In this document: positions 16,056 to 23,771 of the stretch, piece after piece
How positions within the stretch are numbered: the first letter of the stretch is position 1
How the letters are laid out: the number at the start of each line of letters is the position of its first letter
Assembly (NCBI RefSeq): GCF_001672295.1
Contig: NZ_JXMS01000024.1
Span: 18,173-42,172 of the forward strand
DNA: 24,000 nt
Reading direction: 5' to 3'
From: Halodesulfovibrio spirochaetisodalis
GTDB taxonomy: Bacteria > Desulfobacterota > Desulfovibrionia > Desulfovibrionales > Desulfovibrionaceae
Made by a program: the position numbers and the translations under genes
The notes under the pieces: generated by a model
Seen by the model: only the letters and a program-made list of their open reading frames with translations
Told to the model about the DNA's origin: nothing
Databases searched by the model: none

Positions 16056-16797
16056 TATTCCCATCCACCTTTCAGGTACTCATGCATGCATACTCGGTGC
16101 ATCTTCAGATCTTGGGATGGCTATTGCGCACACCCTTGCTGACGCTGGAATAGAATTGACCCTGTCAGCCTGTTCTGAACAAGGAATTAATCGCATCACG
16201 TTAGCGTTTCCCGCCGCAACCATTCTCAAGCTCGATATGAAAGAGATTGCTCAATATGCCATGACGGATAGAGCATCCGAGCTCGATGGAATTGATTCTC
16301 CAGACTACCTTATCGACTGTATGCAAACTGATTTTGAAGCATTTATTGCTGGTGCAGAATCCTCTGATGTCACGAGCTATATGGAAACAAACATATCAGG
16401 CAGAGCTGCCTGCCTGCGGCATATTTCCCGCATGATGCTGGGCAAACGATTTGGGCGATGCATTTTTATTTCTTCTACAGCAGCAGCACTTCCCAACGCA
16501 GGTCAAGGTTTCTACAGCGCAAGCAAACTTGCAGGAGAAGCACTGTATCGAAGTCTCGGGGTTGAACTCGGAAAGCGCGGCGTCACCAGCTGCTCTGTGC
16601 GTCTTGGATATGTCCAGAGTGGAAGAGGTACAGATTTTCTGGAAAAAAATCCGCAAACAACCGGCCGCATCCCTATGGCTCGCGCTGTAACAGCGCAAGA
16701 AGCAGCCCGTTCAATTGCTTTTTTACTGAGTGATGATGCTCAGATGATAAACAGCACAACCATTACCATGGACGGCGGATTAACCGCCTGTAAATAG
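16048..16797 (+). CDS. Short-chain dehydrogenase/reductase, FabG-like 3-oxoacyl-ACP reductase
   Basis: Rossmann N-terminus ILGASSDLGMAIA (variant TGxxxGxG), NISG, and catalytic Ser (ISSTAA) and YSASK (YxxxK). GAGGAG precedes the ATG. Overlaps the upstream gene by 8 nt. Confidence 0.85.
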   Translation: MADIPIHLSGTHACILGASSDLGMAIAHTLADAGIELTLSACSEQGINRITLAFPAATILKLDMKEIAQYAMTDRASELDGIDSPDYLIDCMQTDFEAFIAGAESSDVTSYMETNISGRAACLRHISRMMLGKRFGRCIFISSTAAALPNAGQGFYSASKLAGEALYRSLGVELGKRGVTSCSVRLGYVQSGRGTDFLEKNPQTTGRIPMARAVTAQEAARSIAFLLSDDAQMINSTTITMDGGLTACK

Positions 16798-16805
16798 GAA
16801 CCACC

Positions 16806-17174
16806 ATGTTCAGTTTTAAAAAAGTACAACGAGTAATTACCGAGGTTCTGGAACTAGAACCGGAAGAAGTTACTTCAGAAACATATATTATGCGGGACTT
16901 ACCTACAGAATCCATCGACCTGATGGAATACGGTGTAGGGTTGGCAAAAGAATGCGGCATTTCTGTGCATGACGAAACAGTCTTCATTAAATCCCTGCGC
17001 CTGCACATGGCAGAAGCTGAAGACCGGGGACTTGATCCAGTTACATACCTTATGTCCAAGTACCCTCACCTTTCCGCAGAACGACTTACTGAAATGATCA
17101 GCACAGTACACGAAGGCCCTGTCTTACAGGTGCGCGATATTGTGGCCTATGTCGATCATGCTAAACGACATTAG
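16806..17174 (+). CDS. Atypical acyl carrier protein with ~45 aa C-terminal extension
   Basis: RDLPTESIDLMEYGVGL aligns with the ACP motif DLGADSLDTVE. The predicted phosphopantetheine Ser is residue 36 (codon 16911-16913), the same position as in E. coli ACP. It is 122 aa, against ~78 aa for canonical ACP. Confidence 0.75.
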   Translation: MFSFKKVQRVITEVLELEPEEVTSETYIMRDLPTESIDLMEYGVGLAKECGISVHDETVFIKSLRLHMAEAEDRGLDPVTYLMSKYPHLSAERLTEMISTVHEGPVLQVRDIVAYVDHAKRH

Positions 17175-17183
17175 GATTTTTAC

Positions 17184-18404
17184 ATGCGCAATCGGGTTGT
17201 TATCACAGGCACAGGGTATGTCACCTCATTGGGAACTCTACCGGAAACCATACTGCATTCTGTCCAACAGAACACACCGGCATTCAGAACTTCTGAACAC
17301 TTCTCCGATTGCATGGAATGCCCGATATCTGATTTTGACCTGACGCAAAGCACCGGACGCTGGAAAAACAAAAAGTATCTGGCACGAGGAGCTCAGTTTG
17401 CGCTGGCTTCTGCCATTCGAGCAGTTGAAGACTGCGGCCTTAACACTGGCCATTTTGAGAATGCAGGATTATTCACCGGCACAGGTCCTAACTTCGACAT
17501 AGGCACAGACTTTCCTGACGTTCAAGGCGGTAAGCTGGATAACGACAGTCTAGCTGCTCTGTGGATGCTTAAATATCTTCCTAACACTGCAGCCAGTGCC
17601 ATCAGCCAGTTTCTGCATATTCATGGTGAAAACTCCACCATAGGCACGGCATGCTCTGCTTCAACACAAGCAATCGGGGAAGCATTCCGAAAAATTAAGG
17701 ATGGCTACCTGACTGTGGCGCTTGCCGGTGGTGGTGACTCCAGACTCTCCCACGGCGGACTGCTTGCCTACAACAAAGCTCAGGCGCTCTGGAATAACTG
17801 GGGAGAACCAACAGGAGCCTGCCGCCCGTTTGATGCTGAACGGAACGGATTTATTACAGGAGAAGGCGGTGCCATGTTTGTTCTGGAATCTTTAGAACAC
17901 GCACAGCAACGCGGAGCACATATTATTGCAGAAATCTGTGGATATGGAGCCACTATGGATGCGCAGAGTATGACAGCGCCACATCCAGAAGGACACTATG
18001 CAGAGCAAGCTGTAAAAGCTGCATTGGCAGAAGCTGTTCTTCTGCCGGAAGCAATTGATCTTGTTGCCGCACACGGTACTTCCACACAGCTTAACGACCA
18101 GATGGAAGCAGCAATGCTGGAGCGAGTTTTCTATACTGAGGACACTTCCCGGACACCACAGGTTACCGCGCTGAAATCATGGATTGGACACTGTGCTGCG
18201 GCATCCGGTGCGGTTGAGTTGGGAGTTCTGCTTGCTCTTCTAGCACAAGGCATTGTTCCTCCTGTTCGTAACCTAACTGCTCCCTGTTCTGAAAACATTG
18301 CCTTTGTCACACGCGAGGAACCATTCTCCGGTTCACATATCTTGTTAGAAAACTTTGGATTCGGTGGTCAAAACAGCGCGCTGGTTATGCGCCTCTGGTC
18401 ATAA
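17184..18404 (+). CDS. Beta-ketoacyl-ACP synthase, KAS I/II (FabF/FabB-like)
   Basis: Active-site Cys157 (GTACSAS), His297 (AAHGTST), Lys331/His336 (LKSWIGHCAAASG), and the C-terminal NFGFGGQNSALV. A Cys-His-His triad marks a decarboxylating elongation condensing enzyme. Confidence 0.9.
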   Translation: MRNRVVITGTGYVTSLGTLPETILHSVQQNTPAFRTSEHFSDCMECPISDFDLTQSTGRWKNKKYLARGAQFALASAIRAVEDCGLNTGHFENAGLFTGTGPNFDIGTDFPDVQGGKLDNDSLAALWMLKYLPNTAASAISQFLHIHGENSTIGTACSASTQAIGEAFRKIKDGYLTVALAGGGDSRLSHGGLLAYNKAQALWNNWGEPTGACRPFDAERNGFITGEGGAMFVLESLEHAQQRGAHIIAEICGYGATMDAQSMTAPHPEGHYAEQAVKAALAEAVLLPEAIDLVAAHGTSTQLNDQMEAAMLERVFYTEDTSRTPQVTALKSWIGHCAAASGAVELGVLLALLAQGIVPPVRNLTAPCSENIAFVTREEPFSGSHILLENFGFGGQNSALVMRLWS

Positions 18405-18842
18405 ATGCAATACGATTCAACCATACACTTCGGGGTAGAGCGCTTTATCCTTATGGATTCAATTACACAACACGATTCCCATGCGCTTACCTCTGAAAAA
18501 AAATTTACGAAGGCACCTGCCTATCTTGCACTGGAAGCAATGGCACAGACCGGAGGCATGCACTTTAGAAAATGCATGGGCTTTGCTCGCCATGCATTCC
18601 TGCTTTCCGTCCAGCAAGTGCCGTTGCCCAACGTATCAACATTTTCCGGCTGCGGAACAACCAAGGCTGTGCAGACTGCTCTCACGGACTCCACAGCAGC
18701 CTACGACATTTTGTTTACCTGTGGAGAAATTGAGCTTTCCGGCTCATTTCTCTTCGGCAGTACTAAATTTGGTGACCAGTTTTCACAAGGCACCCTTGCA
18801 ACCCATTACAGCGAGTTATTCCAATGGTTACAGAACGCCTGA
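18405..18842 (+). CDS. Second FabZ-like hotdog-fold protein (Glu-box subunit), function uncertain
   Basis: Its ATG directly abuts the KAS stop (TAAATG). ERFILMDSI resembles the FabZ N-terminal RFPFLLVDRV, and YLALEAMAQTGG matches the FabZ Glu box LILEAMAQ. The HFP His box is missing through an apparent ~11-residue deletion. Confidence 0.6.
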   Translation: MQYDSTIHFGVERFILMDSITQHDSHALTSEKKFTKAPAYLALEAMAQTGGMHFRKCMGFARHAFLLSVQQVPLPNVSTFSGCGTTKAVQTALTDSTAAYDILFTCGEIELSGSFLFGSTKFGDQFSQGTLATHYSELFQWLQNA

Positions 18843-19966
18843 AACGCTCCATAAGTATACGGAAATCTGCCGGACTGCATCGCGACCCCATAACTGTTGA
18901 AAAACATATGGGCAGCAGCGCTCTTGTTAACGGGAAGCAGCTTATCAACTTTGCGTCCAATGACTATCTGGGGCTGGCTCAAGATACAGAGTGGCAAAAA
19001 ACACTCAGCGAATGTTTTGCCAACCATCCTCCATCCGGAACTTCATCACGGCTGGTGAGCGGCCACAACAGTTTCACCGAGGCAGTGGAGCAAGAATTTG
19101 CCGCATACTTCGGTTATGACGAGGCCATGTTCTTCCCAAGCGGGTATCAGGCAAATCTTGCGGCCATCAACGGATTATGCAGTCCTGCAGAGACTATTTT
19201 TTATGACAAACGCATCCATGCAAGCATGGTACAGGCTCTTCCCCAGACAGGGAGTACATTAAAAGGCTTCGCGCACAGTGATCTTTTTCAACTGGACAGG
19301 AAACTCTCCGATGCACAGAGCGAATCTGCCGTAGTGCTTACTGAGTCCCTTTTCAGCATGGATGGAGACCAGCTGGACACAGAAACATTCCATCAACTTA
19401 AATACCTGCACAGCTTCTTCAGCATTGTTGACGAAGCCCATGCGTTCGGTGCCCTCGGTCATAACGGTACAGGCATCTGCCGTGGCCTTACTGAGGTTGC
19501 CGTTGGAACATTCGGCAAGGCGCTGGGTATGTTCGGGGCATTCATACTGATGCCCTCAGGCTTCAAAGAATTTTTCCACAATTTTGCATCACCGGTAATA
19601 TACTCCACAGCCATGCCTGAAGCACATGCAGCAGCTGCTGCTGCCCTGCTCCAAAAACTGCCGCAAATGGGACAGCAACGTGCCCACCTTGCTGCCATAT
19701 CTGAACTCATGCGTTCAGAACTTCAAGACGCGGGCTTCACCGTGCAAGGTGATGCACATATTATTTCCATTGGAATCGGAGATGAGATGAAAGCCGCAAA
19801 ACTTGCGGAAAAAATGCAGGATGACGGTGTGCTTGCATTTGCATCCAGATATCCGACAGTACCAATGAACAAAGCTGTCATACGGATAAGTATGACAGCC
19901 TTGCACAGTACTGCGGACGTACACACATTCGTCAACAGTATCAGGGGGTGGTATGACAGAACCTAA
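18824..19966 (+). CDS. bioF: 8-amino-7-oxononanoate synthase
   Basis: INFASNDYLGL, SGYQANLA, DEAHAFG and the PLP lysine in TFGKALG. Overlaps the upstream gene by 19 nt. Confidence 0.92.
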   Translation: MVTERLKRSISIRKSAGLHRDPITVEKHMGSSALVNGKQLINFASNDYLGLAQDTEWQKTLSECFANHPPSGTSSRLVSGHNSFTEAVEQEFAAYFGYDEAMFFPSGYQANLAAINGLCSPAETIFYDKRIHASMVQALPQTGSTLKGFAHSDLFQLDRKLSDAQSESAVVLTESLFSMDGDQLDTETFHQLKYLHSFFSIVDEAHAFGALGHNGTGICRGLTEVAVGTFGKALGMFGAFILMPSGFKEFFHNFASPVIYSTAMPEAHAAAAAALLQKLPQMGQQRAHLAAISELMRSELQDAGFTVQGDAHIISIGIGDEMKAAKLAEKMQDDGVLAFASRYPTVPMNKAVIRISMTALHSTADVHTFVNSIRGWYDRT

Positions 19967-20657
19967 TCCATCATATTTCGTTGTCGGTACAGATACCGAT
20001 GTGGGTAAGACAGTTGCTTCCCTGATGCTTATGCGCTTCCTCATAAAGACGGGGCACTCGCCATATTACTGGAAGCCGGTGCAAACAGGCTGTCTCAGCC
20101 CGAACGAGGCAGGCGCGGACGCCAGCTTCGTTCTTAAATATTGTCCAGAAGTACAGCAAACTGCTGCTGATGCTACCGGAGCCTGCTTTAACGCTCCCAA
20201 GGCTCCATTCTATGCTGCCCGTGATGAACAAAGCAGCATAGAAGTGGAAGACCTTTTACACAAACTGGCATATTTGCGTAAAAATAATACCTTGGTGGTC
20301 GAAGCGGCAGGAGGACTGCTGGTGCCGTTCAGCCGCACACACATGTTGGCGGACATGGTACAACTGGCTGTCGAGCGGTTCGGGATCAAGCCCATACTCG
20401 TTGCACGAGCCGGACTCGGTACAATCAACCATACGCTTCTTTCCATTGAGGCGTTGCATCACCGGGGCGTTCAACCGGCAGGGATAGTGTTTGTGAATAA
20501 CAAGGAACACCGTACACCACAGGCGATGCTGCAGGAAAACATGGAGGCAATCTCCACATTTTCAAACTATTCTGTATGCGGATGTATTCCACATATTGAA
20601 GACTTTACGTGTCCTCCCGAAGAGGCAATTACACTCTTCGAGAAGATCGCTGGCTAG
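19953..20657 (+). CDS. bioD: Dethiobiotin synthetase
   Basis: P-loop VVGTDTDVGKT and EAAGGLLVP. Overlaps bioF by 14 nt and is the last gene of the operon. Confidence 0.92.
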   Translation: MTEPNPSYFVVGTDTDVGKTVASLMLMRFLIKTGHSPYYWKPVQTGCLSPNEAGADASFVLKYCPEVQQTAADATGACFNAPKAPFYAARDEQSSIEVEDLLHKLAYLRKNNTLVVEAAGGLLVPFSRTHMLADMVQLAVERFGIKPILVARAGLGTINHTLLSIEALHHRGVQPAGIVFVNNKEHRTPQAMLQENMEAISTFSNYSVCGCIPHIEDFTCPPEEAITLFEKIAG

Positions 20658-20776
20658 GTTTGCAGAATGGAGAGCAGCAAACCAGCCAACAATGTCGTAC
20701 CTTCGTCACTCCGCGTGTGTCTTACCTAATGCCTGACACAATGCAGGCACACATGCAGAGTAACTCATGAGCTAAA

Positions 20777-22078
20777 TTACTTTTCACCAAACTCGCTGAT
20801 GAGAGCATCCGCTTCCGGATACATATTCAAAAGGTCATTCAATGTTTCACGACGACGGATGAGGCGTGCTTCACCATTTTCCTGAATAAGCACTTCTGCC
20901 GGACGAGGACGCTGGTTGTACGGGGATGCCATTACATATCCGTATGCACCTGCGTCGAGCATGGCAATTACATCACCTTCTGCAATCTCAGGAAGCTGAC
21001 GGTCTTTTGCCATGATGTCACCGGATTCGCAGATGTTTCCGACAATGGTCTGTTCCATTGTTTCGGTAACTTCGCTGCCGCCTTCACGGTAAATTTCCAC
21101 GTCGTGGAATGAATCATACATGGCAGGACGCATAAGCTGGTTAAAGCCAAGGTCGGTACCAGCAAAGCGCTTTTCACCGTTGTTCTTTACGCTGAAACAT
21201 GTGCCGAGCAGAACACCGCATTCTGCTGCAATGTAGCGCCCCGGTTCACACATAAAGCGACCGGTGTAGCCAGTCTCTTCTGCAAACTGTGTAATCGTAG
21301 CATGGAATGCTTTACCAAGCTCAGTGAGATCAAGACGCTCTTCACCGTCATATTTACGGTACGGGATACCAAAGCCACCACCGAAATCGATAATTTCAAT
21401 GGCGTTACCTTCAGTCATCCACTCTTTTGCAATGGAGAGCAGTACACCCATTGCTTCAAGGTACCCATCCGGCTCCATGAACAACGAACCGATATGCATG
21501 TTCACACCGCACAGAGTAAGGTTGTGACGCCCCAGAATCTCACGCACAGTATCTGCAGATTCAGGATCAACCCCGAACTTGGTCTGCTTACCGCCTGTTA
21601 CCACCTTGGCATGGTGACCTGCACCAATACCCGGATTAAAGCGGATTACAACCTTGCCGCCCGGATTCAACTGCCCGAACAGATCCAGTTGCGAGAGAGA
21701 ATCGACGCTCACATATACGCCACGATCAATGGCGAACTGGAGTTCTTCAGCAGAGACGTTGTTTGAGATGAACAGAATCTGCTCCGGCGTAAATCCGGCG
21801 GCAAGGTTCATGACAATCTCACCCGGAGACATGGCGTCCACAACCATGCCCTCTTCCTGTACTACCTTAAGGAGGTGAATATTCGTATTCGCTTTCGCAG
21901 AATAGTTAGGCGTAAAGGATGGATTGTCAGAAAGCGCCTGAACTTCACGGCAACGAGTACGCAGTACATTCTCGTTATATACATACAGCGGACTGCCGAA
22001 TGTTTTTACAAGCTCCATAGGAGTGTTGTTACCGTAAAAATTTACACTGTCAGTATAGGTGGAGCGAACATTGCTCAT
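20777..22078 (-). CDS. lysA: Diaminopimelate decarboxylase-like PLP enzyme (alanine racemase-fold / group IV decarboxylase)
   Basis: PLP lysine in YSAKAN, then HIGS, DFGGGFG, EPGR and ICESGD. The CESGD box is characteristic of DAP decarboxylase rather than ornithine decarboxylase. AGGAG lies 8 nt before the ATG. Substrate was not verified. Confidence 0.75.
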   Translation of the reverse strand: MSNVRSTYTDSVNFYGNNTPMELVKTFGSPLYVYNENVLRTRCREVQALSDNPSFTPNYSAKANTNIHLLKVVQEEGMVVDAMSPGEIVMNLAAGFTPEQILFISNNVSAEELQFAIDRGVYVSVDSLSQLDLFGQLNPGGKVVIRFNPGIGAGHHAKVVTGGKQTKFGVDPESADTVREILGRHNLTLCGVNMHIGSLFMEPDGYLEAMGVLLSIAKEWMTEGNAIEIIDFGGGFGIPYRKYDGEERLDLTELGKAFHATITQFAEETGYTGRFMCEPGRYIAAECGVLLGTCFSVKNNGEKRFAGTDLGFNQLMRPAMYDSFHDVEIYREGGSEVTETMEQTIVGNICESGDIMAKDRQLPEIAEGDVIAMLDAGAYGYVMASPYNQRPRPAEVLIQENGEARLIRRRETLNDLLNMYPEADALISEFGEK

Positions 22079-22093
22079 GCCGAAATCTCCTGA

Positions 22094-22783
22094 TTAAATG
22101 CCTCGTATCTTAATAAGCTCAATTTCATTAAGCAGAGCTTCACGCATTAAGGATACGAGATGCTTGTTTTTTGAATAGAGACACTGCCCTTTATTCACTT
22201 CGAGCGTGCCCACTATAACTTCGCTGGTATCAGCGATGATGCGTACATTCTCCGCCGGAGCTTCATTATGCATAAAGACTGCGCCGGAAAGATGCGGGTC
22301 CTCATCTGATAAAATCACTACCTTAAGTCCACGTTCGATACAGTTCTCTAAATCAGACGTAAGCAGCTTTACAGTTGAGGATGAGACAGAAAGATATACC
22401 CACCCTTTTGCAAGCAGAATCATATTCCGCATTTTATCAAGAGTGTTTCCGTACCCTGAAATGGTAAGGTACGGTGCTTCTTCCTCTTCCTGCTCAGGTA
22501 AATTTTCTTCCAGAAATTCCAATGTCGATTCACAGGATCGACGTAAATTCAAAATAAGTTCTTCACGAGGAATCGCAGTATACTTACTGGAGTCTTCCGA
22601 AGAAACGATTGCTCCGCCTTTTTCAACAAGGCTGGATAACGCAGCGTATGCATTGGATCGGGAAATGCCGGAAACCTTCGCGGCCTCATACCCTGTCATG
22701 GCACCCATTTTACAAAGAGTAACGTACATCAGAGACTCTTGCTGAGTGAAACCAAATTTCTTCAATGCCTGAATGAGTTCCAT
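22094..22783 (-). CDS. TrmB-family transcriptional regulator
   Basis: The N-terminal winged HTH LKKFGFTQQESLMYVTLCKMGAMTGYEAAKVSGISRSNAYAALSSLVEKG is typical of TrmB-type regulators. GGAG lies 5 nt before the ATG. The stop is 15 nt before the lysA-like start. Confidence 0.8.
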   Translation of the reverse strand: MELIQALKKFGFTQQESLMYVTLCKMGAMTGYEAAKVSGISRSNAYAALSSLVEKGGAIVSSEDSSKYTAIPREELILNLRRSCESTLEFLEENLPEQEEEEAPYLTISGYGNTLDKMRNMILLAKGWVYLSVSSSTVKLLTSDLENCIERGLKVVILSDEDPHLSGAVFMHNEAPAENVRIIADTSEVIVGTLEVNKGQCLYSKNKHLVSLMREALLNEIELIKIRGI

Positions 22784-22795
22784 TTATTCTCCTGC

Positions 22796-22815
22796 GTAGT
22801 TCTTATAAGTACTAC
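22796..22815. promoter_or_regulatory. 20-bp near-perfect palindrome, candidate operator of the TrmB-family regulator
   Basis: GTAGTTCTTATAAGTACTAC is self-complementary at 18 of 20 positions. It sits 13-32 nt upstream of the regulator start codon, just beyond its SD. Confidence 0.45.
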
Positions 22816-23228
22816 TATTTCAGATTTGAATACCGGTCAAGTATTCAAGAGTGTTTTTTTAACTTTTCCGAGCCTTGTTCAACTGCATGCAAAGGCGTCC
22901 GTCAGCAACGGTTTTCTCTATGTTTTTCTTTGAAAAAACACGAAAAACACAAAACACATGCTATGAAAACAATGTGCATTAGTGAATGCAGAACCTTGTT
23001 TTACACTATTGCAACTCTATGCCGCACCTTGCACAAGCAAACAGGCAATGTACTGTCAAAATAAAATCGCCATCAAAATACTTTCTGGCTGCGTATTCCA
23101 TGCGACTGAATATGTCCATGCCCAAGACATCATTACTCACTGTTATCTTGCCGATGTTTAAATAAGAATTGACTTTAAAGATGCTAACAGTCATCCTACC
23201 ATACCACATTTTTAATAAGGAGACCTTC

Positions 23229-23654
23229 ATGGCACAGGTCAAAGACGGCGATTCAGTTAAAGTTCACTACACAGGTACTCTTGAAGACGGCACGGTTTTC
23301 GATTCCTCTCGCGAGCGCGAACCTCTGGAGTTTACTCTTGGTTCCGGCATGCTTATTCCTGGTTTCGAAAAAGCTGTTGAGGGTATGAATGTAGGTGATT
23401 CTACTAAAGTTACTATCCCGGCAGACGAAGCATACGGCCAGCGCAATGACGAAATGGTTATTGATGTTGCCAACGATCAGGTGCCAGAGCACATCACTCC
23501 TGAAGTAGGCATGCTCTTGCAGCTCGAGTCTGAAGGCGGAGTAATGGAAGTAGTCATTACTGACGTCAAAGAAGACGGCATTACTCTTGATGCCAACCAC
23601 CCGCTCGCAGGTAAAGACCTTACCTTCGAAATTGAACTCGTTGAAATCGTGTAA
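23229..23654 (+). CDS. FKBP-type peptidyl-prolyl cis-trans isomerase (SlyD-like, no His-rich tail)
   Basis: VKVHYTGTLEDGTVFDSS...LIPGFEKAVEGMNVGD...AYG plus an inserted flap domain and NHPLAGKDLTFEIELV. The ATG at 23229 has GGAG upstream. The ORF-track start at 23169 is a TTG extension. Confidence 0.88.
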   Translation: MAQVKDGDSVKVHYTGTLEDGTVFDSSREREPLEFTLGSGMLIPGFEKAVEGMNVGDSTKVTIPADEAYGQRNDEMVIDVANDQVPEHITPEVGMLLQLESEGGVMEVVITDVKEDGITLDANHPLAGKDLTFEIELVEIV

Positions 23655-23674
23655 CACTGATTTCATTCGGATAG

Positions 23675-23708
23675 AAAAAAGCCCGCGTTGTATAACGCGG
23701 GCTTTTTT
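23675..23708. terminator. Bidirectional rho-independent terminator
   Basis: AAAAAA-GCCCGCGTT-gtat-AACGCGGGC-TTTTTT, between the convergent FKBP and chemoreceptor genes. Confidence 0.85.
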
Positions 23709-23771
23709 CTGTTTAATTTATGTAGAGATATCTCAGTGAGGAGACAATAACCCTCATGGAAATATCTTCAC

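Noticed and set aside
20658-20776. Short hairpins between convergent bioD and lysA (GTTTGC-N14-GCAAAC at 20658-20683, and TGCCTG-N8-CAGGCA), considered as terminators.
   Set aside because: - The stems are only 6 bp with no adjacent U-tracts.
- That is insufficient to call intrinsic terminators; termination here may be Rho-dependent.
22826-22848. TTGAATA-N9-TATTCAA resembles the TATTCA/TGAATA hexamers of the sigma-54 enhancer sites at 7358-7462.
   Set aside because: - The half-site order is inverted and the spacing differs (N9 versus N4).
- No -24/-12 element is nearby.
- AT-rich hexamers like these recur by chance.
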